DNA from: Mobula hypostoma
Taxonomy: Eukaryota
Direction: 5' to 3'
DNA length: 64,000 bases
Assembly: GCF_963921235.1 (NCBI RefSeq)
Contig: NC_086100.1
Span: 198,588,001 to 198,652,000 of the forward strand
Position 1 is the stretch's first letter; every line of letters begins with the position of its first letter. Shown in pieces: positions 39,201 to 49,299 of the stretch. A model generated the notes under the pieces. The model was not told the DNA's origin and ran no database searches. It was given only the letters and a program-made list of their open reading frames with translations. A program made the position numbers and the translations under genes.

Positions 39201-42200
39201 GTGTGTGACTTCAGACGCAAGTGCTGTCTCCTCACATCGAGGTGGATGGGCAGTGAGTAAAGAAATGTAAACGTGTCCGGCAGAACATGATGGGAAAGAG
39301 GAACGTCCGGCAGAAGAGCTGGAGAAATGACAAGAGACAGAACGAGCTGGACACTATCCTCCAGAGGCGCAGGAAGGTGACAGACACGACAGCAGGGCCC
39401 AAGGAGCAGGCAGAGGATCGAGGTATGGACCGTGGAGGAGGAGGGTTGGGGAGCAGGGAGGGAGGGACAGAGGATCAAGGAATGGACCATGGATGAGGAG
39501 GGTTGGGGAGCAGGGAGGGAGGGATGAGGATCGATGTATGGACTGCGGAGGAGGAGGCTTGGGGAGCTGGGAGGGAGGGACTGAGGATCGAGGTACGGAC
39601 CATGGATGAGGAGGGTTGGGGAGCAGGGAGGGAGGGAGTGGGAGGGAAGTACAGAGGATCGAGGTATGAACTGCAGAGGAGGAGGAGGGTTGCGGAGCAG
39701 GGAGGGAGTGGGAGGGAGGGATGAGGATCGAGGTACGGACCGCGGAGGAGGAGGGTTGGGGAGCAGGGAGGGAGGGACTGAGGATCGAGGTACGGACCGC
39801 GGAGGAGGAGGGTTGGGGAGCAAGGAGGGAGTGGGAGGGAGGGACAGAGGATCGAGGTGCAGACTGCGGAGGAGGAAGGTTAGGGAGCAGGGAGGGAGGA
39901 AGGGAGTGGGAGAGAGGGACGAGGATCAAGATACGGACCATGGATGAGAGGATTGAGGAGCAGGGAGGGACAGAGGATCGAGGTAGGAACACAGATGAGG
40001 GGGGTTGACGAGTGAGGGACAGAGGATCAAGGTACGGACCGCGGAGGAGGAGGGTTGGGGAGCAGGGAGGGAGGGAGTGGGAGGGAGAGACAGAGGATCG
40101 AGGTACGGACCGCGGATGAGGAGGGTTGGGGAGCAGGGACGGAGGGATGAGGATCGAGTTACGGACCGCAGATGAGGAGGGTTGAGGAGCAGGGAGGGAG
40201 GGATGAGGATCGAGGTATGGACAGTGGATGAGGAGGGTTGGGGAGCAGGGAGAGAGGGATGAGGATCGAGTTACGGACCGCGGATGAGGAGGGTTGAGGA
40301 GCAGGGAGGGAGGGATGAGGATCGAGGTATGGACAGCGGATGAGGAGGGTTGGGGAGCAGGGAGGGAGTGGGAGGGAGGGACAGAGGATCGAGGTACGGA
40401 CCGCGGATGAGGAGGGTTGAGGAGCAGGGAGGGAGGGATGAGGATTGAGGTACGGACCGCGGATGAGGAGGGTTGGGGAGCAGGGAGAGAGGGATGAGGA
40501 TCGAGGTACGGACCGCGGATGAGGAGGGTTGGGGAGCAGGGAGGGAGTGGGAGGGAGGGACAGAGGATCGAGGTACGGACCGCGGATGAGGAGGGTTGGG
40601 GAGCAGGGAGCGAGGGAGTGGGAGGGAGGGACAGAAGATCGAGGTACGAACAGAGGATGAGGAGGGTTGAGGAGCAGGGAGGGAGGGACGAGGATTGAGG
40701 TACGGACCGCGGATGAGGAGGGTTGGGGAGCAGGGAGAGAGGGATGAGGATCGAGGTACGGACAGCGGATGAGGAGGGTTGGGGAGCTGGGAGGGAGGGA
40801 CAGAGGATCAATGTATGGACCGCGGAGGAGGAGGGTTGGGGAGCAGGGAGTGAGGGATGAGGATCGAGGTATGGACTGCGGATGAGGAGGGTTGGGGAGC
40901 TGGGAGGGAGGGACAGAGGATTTAGGTATGGACCGCGGATGAGGAGGGTTGGGGAGCAGGGAGGGAGAGAGTGGGACAGAGGGATGAGGATCGAGGTATG
41001 AACCGCGGAGAAGGAGGGTTGGGGAGCTCGGAGGGAGGGACAGAGGATCAATGTATGGACCGCGGAGGAGGAGGGTTGGGGAGCAGGGAGAGAGGGATGA
41101 GGATCAAGGTATGGACAGCGGATGAGGAGGGTTGAGGAGCAGGGAGTGAGGGATGAGGATCGAGGTATGGACTGCGGATGAGGAGGGTTGGGGAGCTGGG
41201 AGGGAGGGACAGAGGATCGAGGTACGGACAGTGGAGGAGGAGGGTTGGGGAGCAGGGAGGGAAGGAGTGGGAGGGAGGGACAGAGAATCGAGGTACGGAC
41301 CATGGAGGAGGAGGGTTGGGGAGCAGGGAGGGAGGGACAGAGGATCGAGGTATGGACTGTGGAGGAGGAGGGTTGGGGAGCAGGGAGGGAGGGAGTGGGA
41401 GGGAGGGACAGAGGATCGAGGTACGGACCGTGGAGGAGGAGGGTTGGGGAGCAGGGAGGGAGGGACAGAGGATCGAGGTACGGACCGCAGAGGACGAGGG
41501 TTGGGGAACAGGGAGAGAGGGAGTGGGAGGGAGGGGGGGACAGAGGATCAATGTATGGACCGCGGAGGAGGAGGGTTGGGGAGCAGGGAGGGAGGGAGTG
41601 GGACGGAGGGATGAGGATCGAGGTATGGACCGCAGATGAGGAGGGTTGAGGAGCAGGGAGGGAGGGAGTGGGAGGGAGGGACAGAGGATCGAGATATGGA
41701 CTGCAGATGAGGAGGGTTGAGGAGCAGGGAAAGAGGGAGTGGGACTCATAAGGAATTTTGGGCTCTGATGTTTGATCCAAGGTTCTTTCGGAAGTCAAGA
41801 AAGAGGCACAACATTTGTTGTTTCATGATGGTTTTACTAAATGTTAATACAACAAAGAGAATTGGAAACAGGGAGAAACACAGAGGCGATAGGGGGAAGA
41901 AAGAGGTAAAGAAGGTAGCCCAACATGTCCAGTCTTTCTTATATCATAGATAAGAGACATTCCATTCAAATTTATAGGTAAGAATTAACCAATCAGATAA
42001 CCCCCACTCAAATCATTTTTATTTATTTTTTGTATTGAGATACAGAGTGGAACGAGCCCCTCGAACCAGTCGCTCAGCAAGCTCCCATTTATCCCCAGAC
42101 TAATCACAGGACAATTTACAATCACCAATTAACCTACCAAACGGTACATCTTTGGACCCACGCAGTCACAGGGAGAACATACAAACTCCTGACAGTCAGT

Positions 42201-43630
42201 CGTGGGAAATGAACCTGGGCTTCTGGCACTGTAAAGCATTGTGATAACCGAGAAGCATCATGCTGCCCCAGTACGATACCAAGAAGGTTCCAGAATCTTA
42301 CAAAGAACTGTAAAAATCACTAAGAGACGCTGTGAACAATTGCACATACATACTGTGACCGCTAGGGGACAGACCAAACAATTACTGTACCTGTATATGG
42401 GTAGTTATATAAAATACAACCAGGTATACAGTTGAACTGCACAGAAAATAACAATTATACAGTCTAATCCAACAGGAACAGACAGAGAGGCAGGGTGGGA
42501 GAATGGAGAGACTTAACTTTCCCCACACAGAGGGTGGTGGGTTGCCAAAGGAAGTGGTTGAAGTGGGTATAACTGCGACATTTAATGAATATTTGGACAG
42601 ATACACAGATAGTGAAAGTTCGGAAGGATACGAGTAATGGGACTAGCTCGGAACGGTAGTTGGCACAGAGCATGTGGGCTGAAGGGGCTGAGTCCAAGTT
42701 GTACCACTCTGTAACTCTGAGAGAGTTGAGGTACGGAATTAACAGTCTCATTCAGCGAACAAAGAAGTTGGAAAAGGAAATTGACCCGATCCCGTCCAAT
42801 GTGATGGAGAGAGAGGGAAAGGGAGAGTGAAAGGAAAGAGGCGCGAGAGGGAAAGATAAGGAGGGAGATGAGAGAGAGAAATGTGATGAGATCAGCTTTA
42901 TCAGTCACAAGTACATCGAAACATACAGTGAAATGCATTTTCGGTGTCAATAGCCAGCACAGTCCAAGGGTGTGCTGAGGGCAGCCCACACGTGTTGCCT
43001 CACATAGCATGCCCGTAATTCACCAACCCTGACTCGTACGTCTTGGAAATGTGGGAGGAAACCCACGCAGTGACAGTGAGAGGGTTCAAACTCCTTACAG
43101 GCAGTGCCGGGACCTGAACCCTGATTATCAGCACCGCAAATTATTGCAGGAGCCTCTGTGTTACCGAGCCGTCTCTGGCAAGAGGAGAGAGGTGAAAGAG
43201 AAAAAAAGTGAAGAGAGAGAGAGAGAGAGAGACAAAGATGGACAGACAGCCAGGAACAGAGACAGAGAAATACAGAGATGGAGGCCAAGAGCCAGAAAGA
43301 GAGAGAGTGACAGACAGAGAGAGAAAAGAGAGAGAGACACACAGACAGACCGACCGACCCCGGAATTCACCGTCGTGTGTCCCTGCCTCCCTAGGATCGG
43401 TGGTCCCACAGGAAGCCCAAGGAGAGCCCAAGGAGCCTGTCAGACAGGACAGAGTTTCCAACACCATCATCCCGGGGGAAGGGATCCGTCGTGTCAGCTG
43501 CATAAGGCAGAGCCGGAGAACCTCGGCCGTCATCGCTTTAAACCGTCGGGTGTCACAGCAGATGAGGAGACCAACATCAGAGCCTAACCAGCAGACAGAG
43601 GGTGGAGGGAGCTCCACCCAGGAAGGGTGA
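165..43630 (+). CDS. SHTN1-like: Shootin-1-like coiled-coil actin/L1CAM clutch protein gene, 5'-partial; join(165-222,6044-6138,10371-10527,15967-16064,17645-17726,18743-18837,19247-19393,20312-20465,23567-23705,29013-29068,32674-32774,33723-33791,39284-39422,43395-43630)
   Basis: All exons are bounded by AG/GT, phases are compatible, and the 1626 nt join into one ORF ending in TGA. The translation matches recalled shootin-1 motifs in order: LEVERACRESAEELA, LSKENRKLQRMS, EYQELQQNLELE, QLLKAMEE, a poly-Pro tract, RAVNEMMERIKSGVVLKP, SAVVELQGIL, ELDTILQRRRKVT. Confidence 0.9.
551..1079 (+). mobile_element. Non-autonomous Tc1-like element
   Basis: cactcagtggcca terminus and an inverted equivalent at the other end; HTH remnant (GLSISEPAGLLGLSHTTVSRV). 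Confidence 0.7.
4944..5584 (+). mobile_element. Young 5'-truncated Rex1/Babar-type LINE
   Basis: RT C-terminal ORF (DNKLDWSKNT..SRLYFLRRLRSF..SFLPVAIKLYN), (ctatga)n tail, inserted into an older retroposon tail. Confidence 0.8.
6044..6138 (+). CDS. SHTN1-like: Shootin-like exon (SMQIIAELDELETQLEVERACRESAEELAVK)
   Basis: ccttccag acceptor, aag|gtgaga donor, 95 nt; strong similarity to shootin LEIEKTCRESAEALATK. Confidence 0.92.
7103..7820 (+). mobile_element. CR1 LINE 3' fragment
   Basis: LYKALMRPHIEYCEQFW..RTRGHNL..FSQRVENLW; CR1-type 3' tail. Confidence 0.8.
8441..9169 (-). mobile_element. Young 5'-truncated Rex1/Babar-type LINE, near-identical to 4944-5584
   Basis: Same protein (YKYLGIRIDNKLDW...), same tail; ctcctc repeated at both junctions. 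Confidence 0.8.
10371..10527 (+). CDS. SHTN1-like: Shootin-like exon (LSKENRKLQRMSLVLQ...YQYQLQIK)
   Basis: ttttcacag acceptor, aaag|gtgaca donor; similar to LNKENKTLKRIS...CQKQIK. Confidence 0.9.
10670..11402. mobile_element. Degenerate Penelope-like 3' ends in opposite orientations (older inverted pair)
   Basis: Minus-strand end at about 10670-10850 and plus-strand copy at about 10905-11402; both have decayed hammerhead motifs and the gatgctgcctgacctgctgag tail. Confidence 0.6.
12055..15710 (-). mobile_element. Cluster of degenerate CR1 LINE ORF2 fragments
   Basis: WKIANVTPLFKKG..GNYRPVSL, SGVPQ, WAKKWQMEYN and TRGH motifs across several frameshifted ORFs. Confidence 0.8.
15967..16064 (+). 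CDS. SHTN1-like: Shootin-like exon (ELQERITQLLEEKKQLTGKVTELELQVAELLEK)
   Basis: catcag acceptor, aag|gtgagt donor, 98 nt, heptad coiled coil. Confidence 0.9.
16148..16985. repeat. About 43-bp minisatellite (ccaatggacccaaccccttcccattcactccctctgtccacact)
   Basis: Roughly 19 degenerate tandem copies. Confidence 0.9.
17645..17726 (+). CDS. SHTN1-like: Shootin-like exon (AEREHREKRLLKDTLNKQNKNLQRLST)
   Basis: cacacag acceptor, cag|gtgcga donor, 82 nt; phases fit the neighbouring exons. Confidence 0.85.
17886..18195 (+). mobile_element. tRNA-derived SINE (abundant family; related copies near 3345-3600, 23855-24140, 32360-32610, 42890-43165, 58620-58866)
   Basis: ggcacggtagc..ggttcaattccc head; recurring tgcgtgggtttcctcc core seen many times on both strands. 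Confidence 0.6.
18743..18837 (+). CDS. SHTN1-like: Shootin-like exon (VSTLVTQEYQELQQNLELEQGLRQRAEIYAHQ)
   Basis: tctctctgtcacag acceptor, cag|gtacgg donor; matches VSMLAVEEYEEMQVNLELEKDLRKKAESFAQE. Confidence 0.92.
19247..19393 (+). CDS. SHTN1-like: Shootin-like exon (MRVKKQEANRQSLILLE...EERFLHEKQ)
   Basis: ccgcag acceptor, cag|gtgagg donor, 147 nt; matches RQSHLLLQ..QLLKALDE..LEEERIQHQQK. Confidence 0.92.
19420..19940. repeat. 30-bp G-rich minisatellite (gaggtgagggtgggaaatgacgaggggaga)
   Basis: About 14 copies, interrupted by a Penelope end at about 19747-19833. Confidence 0.9.
19747..19784 (+). ncRNA. Hammerhead ribozyme motif, core intact, helix III variant (AUU)
   Basis: GAGUC-CUGACGA-A-GGGUUCCGGCCC-GAAACAUU-GACUC, in a short Penelope-end insertion within a minisatellite. 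Confidence 0.55.
20312..20465 (+). CDS. SHTN1-like: Shootin-like exon (VTELQAQVEGSEYRKEV...RNQELETK)
   Basis: ctctgcag acceptor, aaac|gtcagt donor; the phase-1 end fits the next exon. Confidence 0.88.
20482..21235. mobile_element. hAT-type MITE with an 8-bp TSD and a nested TIR element
   Basis: TSD cactaaaa at 20474-20481 and 21236-21243; imperfect TIRs cagtgatccccaac / gttgaggacccctg; internal perfect 14-bp TIR pair tagggttgccaact (20594) / agttggcaacccta (ends 21106). Confidence 0.8.
21893..22482. mobile_element. Non-autonomous DNA transposon, TIR cagacatccca, 6-bp TSD
   Basis: cagacatccca...tgggatgtctg flanked by ccaaag on both sides; splits a CR1 fragment. Confidence 0.75.
23567..23705 (+). 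CDS. SHTN1-like: Shootin-like proline-rich exon (LRDLQQE...T-P15-SAAPI)
   Basis: ttctttgcttctag acceptor, ga|gtaagt donor; 15 consecutive Pro codons at the position of the shootin poly-Pro region. Confidence 0.9.
24742..25768 (+). mobile_element. Young 5'-truncated CR1 LINE with an uninterrupted RT C-terminal ORF
   Basis: GSVLGPQLFTIYINDL..FADDTK..RPHLEYCVQFWSP..RTRGH, about 300 aa without a stop; (tttctatg)n tail; inserted into a SINE-like element. Confidence 0.9.
26225..28020. repeat. C-rich composite minisatellite (31- and about 48-bp units sharing cctcctcaacctcccctcgagcctccc)
   Basis: 1.8 kb of tandem units; explains the 596- and 605-aa Pro/Ser ORFs. Confidence 0.92.
29013..29068 (+). 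CDS. SHTN1-like: Shootin-like exon (EPLAELLRRRQKDGQKKVD)
   Basis: ttctctacag acceptor, atg|gtcagt donor; phases 2/1 bridge the neighbouring exons; resembles RSLMSMIRKR. Confidence 0.8.
30087..30555. repeat. Higher-order minisatellite: 19-bp (tggttaatactcatcccac) x1-3 alternating with 21-bp (tggtactaacacctgctgtcc)
   Basis: Direct reading of the tandem units. Confidence 0.9.
30849..30886 (-). ncRNA. Minimal type I hammerhead ribozyme (Penelope-associated), intact core
   Basis: The minus strand reads UAGUC-CUGACGA-A-GGGUCUUGGCCU-GAAACGUC-GACUG. Confidence 0.72.
31886..31923 (+). ncRNA. Hammerhead ribozyme motif with a core mutation (GUAA for GAAA)
   Basis: CAGUC-CUGAAGA-A-GGGUCUCGGCCU-GUAACGUC-GACUG. 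Confidence 0.5.
32674..32774 (+). CDS. SHTN1-like: Shootin-like exon (GSGNLSDIKGRAVNEMMERIKSGVVLKPTKRKTE)
   Basis: ggcag acceptor, gag|gtatga donor; matches DLKRQAVEEMMDRIKKGVHLRP. Confidence 0.93.
33723..33791 (+). CDS. SHTN1-like: Shootin-like exon (ITDTKPSDTDSKGSAVVELQGIL)
   Basis: Long pyrimidine tract plus gcag acceptor, ctg|gtaggt donor; matches SAVDELKGIL. Confidence 0.9.
33831..34012. repeat. 36-bp G-rich tandem repeat
   Basis: cagagggtgaggggcagggggtgaatggagaggggt, about 5 copies. Confidence 0.8.
34478..37830 (+). mobile_element. Near full-length degenerate CR1 LINE (ORF1 esterase end + ORF2 APE endonuclease/RT)
   Basis: VVISGLLPVP..WLRDW, ITETW, GGGVALL, GDFNFP, SDHN, QHGF, DFSKAFD and FADDT motifs in order, with stops and frameshifts. 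Confidence 0.9.
38571..38853 (+). mobile_element. tRNA-derived SINE
   Basis: A box tggccaagtgg, B box ggttcaagtc, body and (actttg)n tail. Confidence 0.75.
39284..39422 (+). CDS. SHTN1-like: Shootin-like exon, shootin1b-type extension (NMMGKR...NELDTILQRRRKVTD...EDR)
   Basis: ELDTILQRRRKVT matches shootin1b ELERILRRRKVT; donor gag|gtatgg; weak acceptor, with alternatives at 39215 and 39314. Confidence 0.8.
39411..41745. repeat. 56-71-bp purine-rich minisatellite that begins inside the shootin-like exon end
   Basis: Roughly 35-40 copies of gaggatcgag|gtacggaccgcggatgaggagggttggggagcagggaggga; explains the 814-aa minus-strand ORF. Confidence 0.92.
43395..43630 (+). CDS. SHTN1-like: Probable terminal coding exon of the shootin-like gene (GSVVPQEAQ...SSTQEG*)
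   Basis: ccctgcctccctag acceptor, correct phase 1, open to TGA, non-repetitive island; no recognisable homology. Confidence 0.6.
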
Positions 43631-45239
43631 ACCCACCACCACCCCTCCCCTCCCAATCCATTGGCAACACTACCCTCCTCACCACATAACCCTCCCCATC
43701 ATCATCTCTCTGCACCATCACCCCTCCCCTCGCCACCATCTCCACTCGTCTTCCCACCACCATCACCAACGTTCCCTCCATTTTTTTTTAATGCTGTGCG
43801 GACCAACCATTGCTCAGAGCAGGAAATGTTTACACAGCACGAACACTTTAAAAAATATTATACAGTATAAGAGAAAATTCCAGATGCACGGCAACAAAGG
43901 CTATGTGCACGGGAGCATTTCAGTTACTGCGCGGCCGCACATTGTCACAGCTTAGAGGGAAGAGTGGACATCACCATCCCTCCGCCTCCTCACCATCACC
44001 TATCCCCATCCTCTCCAAATGCCACCACACCTCCTCACCATCAGAGCCACTCCTTCACACCCCAGTCCATCATCACCTCTCCCCTCGTCACCCACCCCAC
44101 CACAATATATCTCCATCGCAGTCCCCTCCCCATCATCACCACTCTTCTCCCTGACACCGCGACCACCACCCCTCTCCATCACCACCCAGCCCTTCACCCA
44201 CTCTCCTCCCATACCTCCTCCCCCCACATTGCACTTTTACCTCCCCCGTGTAAAACCCTCTTATCGTTGCCCCACCTCAAGCCACCCCCAACCCATGCAC
44301 CACCCTCAGTACCCCCACCCCCCCAAAATCACCCGCATCCCACTTCCTGTTCCAGCCCACAGCCCCTCCTCTTCCCTTCCCGAACCCTTCACATCCATTC
44401 TGCCTTGACGCCCCATGCCTTGCTGAGAGGCACTGACAGCCCACCCGACATGTGCCCACCCCCATCACTCCAAATACTGACTGCAAAATTTAAGAGTGGT
44501 TTGGGTAAGTTGATGGATGGGAGAGGTGTGGAGGTCTGTGGTCCAGGTGCAGGTAGATGAGACTAGAAAGTTTGGCATGGATTAGATGGGCAGAAAGGCC
44601 TGTTTCCGTAGTATGAGTGCGGCTACCCCCACCTGTGGAAGCAGTGTACAGGGTGTATCTGCTGTATCGTTTGTTATCGCTGAATTGTCTGATGTGAAAT
44701 TTTGTACGATGCGAAGACATAAAAATTAATATGAATTACAAAATAAATAAATAGTGCCAAAAAGATTAGTGAGGTGATGTTTACGAGATCATGGATCATC
44801 CAGACATCTGGTGGTGGAGGGAAAGAAGCTGTTCTTGAAACTTTGAGTGTGGGTCTTCAGGCTCCTCCATGATGGTAGCGATGAGAAGAGGACATGTCCT
44901 GGGTGATCAGAGTCCTTCATGATGAACACTGCCTCCTTGAGGCACGACCTGTTGAAGATGTTGAGGAGGATTGTGCCCATCCTCAGCCTCTTGCAAACCT
45001 ACACTCTGGAGCCTCCACGCCAGGCAATGATACAACCAGTGAGAATGCTCTGCACTGTACAGCTGCAGATCACGGGCATTAATCCACCTTGCATCAATTT
45101 CACTCCAGATTGTTTGTAGTCATTTCTAGTACACAAGTTCGTGGGTTGTTCAGCCTTACAGCTTGGGGAAAGTATCAGTTTTTGAGTTTGGTGGTCCTGG
45201 TGTGGATGCTGTGTAACCTCCTCCCTAATTGGAGTGGGA

Positions 45240-48200
45240 CAAAAAGTCATAGAGTGATAGAACACTATAGCACAGAAACAATAACTTCAACCCATCTAGT
45301 TTGTGCCAAAACCATTAATCGGCCTAATCCCAATGACCTGCTCCCGGGCCATAGCCGTCCACACCCCTCTCACACATGTACCTATCCAAACTCCACTTAA
45401 ATGCTGAAATCAAACCTGTAACCACTACATGTACTGGCAGCTTGTTTCACATTTTCACCATCCATCTGAGTTCCCTTTATGTTCCCCTTAAACATTACAC
45501 GTTTCACACTTAACCCATGACCTCTAGTTATAGTCCCCTCTGAGTTTCCTTTATGTTCGTCTTAAACATTACACCTTTCGCACTTAACCCATGACCTCTA
45601 GTTATAGTCCCACTGAATCTCAGTGGAAAAAACCTGCTTGCACTTACACTATCTATACCCCTCATAATTTTGTGTACCTCTATCAAATCTCCCCTCAATC
45701 TTCTACATTCTAGGGAGTGAGGTCCTAACCTGTTCAACTTCTCTCGATAACTCAGGCCCTCAAATCCTGGCAACATATTTGTAACACACACAAAATGCTG
45801 GAGGAACTCAGCAGGCCAGGCAGCATCTATGGAAAAGGGTAAACAGTCGATGTTTCGGGCCAAGACTGTTCTTCAGAATATCTTTGTAAATTTTCTCTGC
45901 ACTCTGTCAACTTTATTTATGTCTTTCCTTTAGGTAGGCGACCAAAACTACACACAATACTCCAAATTAGGCCTCACCAATGACTTATACAAGTTCAACA
46001 ATGCAGCTCCTGTACTCAGTACATTGATTTATGAAGGATAATGTGCCAAAAGCTTTCTTTACGACCCTGTTTAGCTGTGACCACTTTCAGGGAATTATGG
46101 ACCTGTATTCCCAGATCCCTCTGTTCTACCACGCTCCTCAGTGCCCTATCACTCAGCGAGTAAGCCCTACCCTTGCATGTCCTGCTGAAGTGCAACACAC
46201 TCACACGTGTCTGCGTTAAATTTCATCTGCCATTTTTCAACCCATTTTTCCAGATCCCACCGCAAGCCTTGATATCCTTCCTCACCGTCCACTACACCCC
46301 CAATCTTGGTGTCATCTGCAAATTTGCTGATCCAGTTAACCACATTCTCATCCAGGTCATTGATATAGATGACAAACAACAATGAACCCAGCACTGATCC
46401 CTGTGGCACACCACTAGACACAGGCCTCCAGTCAGAGAGGCAACCATCTACTACAACTCTGATTTTTGGTATGGTTTCAGCATGGACTAGATGGGCTGAA
46501 TTGCCTGTTTCTGTGCTATACTTCCCTATGACTCTATGACTTCTCCCACAAAGCCAATGTCTAATCCAATTTACTACCTCATCCTGAATGCTGAGTGACT
46601 GAACTTTCTTGACCAACCTCCCAGGCAGGACCTTGTCAAATGCCTTACCTTCATTCCGTGTAGACACCATCCACTGCATTGCCTTCATTCACTTTCCTGG
46701 TAACTCCCTCTAAAAACTCCAAGATTGGTTAGACACGAACTATCATGCACAAAACCTCGATAACTATTCCTAAACAGTCCCTGTTGCAATGCCCTGATTA
46801 AGACTGTTAAATACTGCCATGTTGCAGTATTTCATTTCAGCAGTCCTGTAGGACCGCTCTGTTCTGCTTGCAGCCTGTTCGGGTTTGAGCTGAGATAAGA
46901 GGCTTTGTTATTCAACTTAGGAACGTGGTGTCAGCCCATCAGGATGGTGAAGTTGGGAGAAGGTTCCAGAGAACGTTGGGTGGAGAGGTTTTGTGAGGGA
47001 CGCTGGTGTGGGTCGAGGTCTTTTTTGGTGGGAGCTGCAGAAGACGGGGGTGGGGGGGGGGGTTAGATGGTTGAGGATGCTGACCCTGTTGCACAGGATG
47101 CTTTGTGCAGATGAATGGCTTCAAGGAGGGAGGACCGATACTCCCATGGGGGAGCCCGGTTTGTTCGAGATGGATTTCAAGCGACATTCGGAAGGTGGTG
47201 TGTGCTTTCACACAGACCGAGGGTCCAGCCCGTGAGCTACAGACAACCTCAAGATGAGCTCCAACTTAGGTGCACATTTGACTGTTTTGATTATACTGGG
47301 CCCTTTTTGTTTTTTCCTCTTTCGTTTAATGACTCTTTGGCTAAGTTAACGTTCATAAATATATTTTCTTTATAATTGTATGCAGTGTACGACCTGTTAT
47401 TACTTACCAACGGGCGACTGCAGGGGGCAGTAAATCACACAGCATTCACACAAACTGGGGTTTGGGTGACCTCACGGGTTTGACGGGAACAAAGTCACAT
47501 ACACCCTAGATGGATGGAGCCTGAGAAAGGTGGGTTTCTCGCCGCGAGTTCCAGCGGCTGTTAGTGAGGGGCTAAAGAGGTGCATTTCCAGAGACGCCCA
47601 GTAAAAGGGATTTCACTGCCTATCCCAGTACTTATATACTGTATCCAGTTGCTTAGAATATCTTCCAATAACTATCCCAGTACTGATGTCAGGTTCAGCG
47701 CCCTATAATTTCCTGGCCTATTCTTAGAGTCTTACGGAACACAATCAGCTATCCTCCAATCCTCCGAACCTCACCAGTGGCCAAGGATGTTAAAAATAGG
47801 GTCCCTGCAATTTTTGCACTAGCCTCCTACAGGGTCTGAGGGAACAGCTTGTCAGGCCCTGGGGATTTATCCAGCCTAATTTGCCTAAAGACAGCAAATA
47901 CCTTCTCCTCTGTAATCTGTATACAGTATATGACCTCACAACACACACAAAGCGCTGGGTCTCGGCCCGAAGTGCACCCTTTTCCATAGATGCTGTCTGG
48001 CCTGCTGAGTTCCTCCAGCATTTTCTGTGTGTTGTTTGGATTTCCAGCATCTGCAGATTTTCTCTTGTTTGTGACATGACCTCACTGTTGCTTTGTCTCA
48101 CATCTATAGACTCTGTCCATCTCCCAAGTAAATACAGGTGCAAAAATATCAACTTAACATCTCTTTCAGCTCTATGCATAGATTACCGATCTGATCTTCC

Positions 48201-48690
48201 AGAGGACCAATTTTGTCCTTTGCAATTCTGTTGCTCTTCATACCTCATGCCTTCTTTTAGCCCTCCTGATTTCCTTCTTGCGTTCTCTTGCATTTCTTGT
48301 ACTCCATAAGCTCCTCGTCTGTTTCTAACTGCCATGCACCTCCTTAACAACGACCTCAATATTTCTCAAACCCAGCGTTCACTAAACCTGTTTTCTTTGC
48401 CTTTTATTCTGACAGGAATAGTCTGTACTCTCAGATTTTCACCTTTGAAAACCACCCACTTACCAAGTACACCTTTGCCGGAAGACAACCTGTCCCAATC
48501 CTTTCCGAAAGCATCAGAATTGGACATTTCTCCAATTTAGAATCTCAACCCGCAGACCAGGCCTATCTTTTTGCATATTTACTTTGAAACTAATTGCACT
48601 ATGGTCACCAAGTGCGTGGTGTTCCAGTGCACAAACTTCTTCCACCTGCCCTGTCTCATCCCCTAATAGCAGATCAAGTCCGTGATATTT
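45240..48690 (-). mobile_element. Degenerate CR1 LINE interrupted by a solo-LTR-like element and Penelope ends
   Basis: KAFDKV..SGVPQGSVLG..FADDTK..RRLRGDLIEV fragments on the minus strand. Confidence 0.75.
46785..47615. mobile_element. Probable solo LTR inserted in CR1
   Basis: TG...CA ends, 4-bp flanks ctgt/ctgc; CR1 sequence resumes on both sides. Confidence 0.5.
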
Positions 48691-49299
48691 CTGATCCTAG
48701 GGGAATTAAACAGCTCTGGTCAAAGTCGAATTCGGGTTTACTGTCATCCGAACAGGTGCAACGAAAAGCTAACTTGCGGCATCACAGGCACACAGAGCGT
48801 CAGATAAGACCATTAAAATACAGGAGCAAATTAGACCATTTGGCCCATCGAGTCTGTTCCGTCCGTCCATCAGGTATGATCATAAGTGGCAGTCGCAAGA
48901 AAAACATAAATTAATCGTTAATTATATGCAATTTACAAGAAAGTTCAGATTGAGAACAAAGCAAGAGTCCATTGTAAAGAAGGTTCGGTTTGCGCCGGTT
49001 GGTTCAAGCTGGAGCGAAGGAGCTGTTCCTGAACCTGATGGTGTGTGAACTTTCCGGTACCCCCTGTCGAGGGGATGGCGTGGCCCGGATGGTGGGGACC
49101 TTTGATGTTATTTTCTTGCGGCAGTGCCCTCTGTGGATACAACCAATGGTGGGGAGGGTTGTGCCCGTGATGAACTGGGCAGATCCGCCGCTCGCTGCAA
49201 CTTCTTACGTTCCCGCGCAGTCGAATAGCCGTACTTGACCATGATCGCCCAGTGAGGGTACTTTCAACTGCCCTTCCGAGGAAGTTTGTCAGGCGCTGA

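Noticed and set aside
39254..39256. Selenocysteine or readthrough TGA in frame with the downstream shootin exon
   Set aside because: No SECIS or readthrough context seen; alternative acceptor use explains it more simply.
39354..41798. 814-aa minus-strand ORF
   Set aside because: Translation of the 56-71-bp minisatellite.
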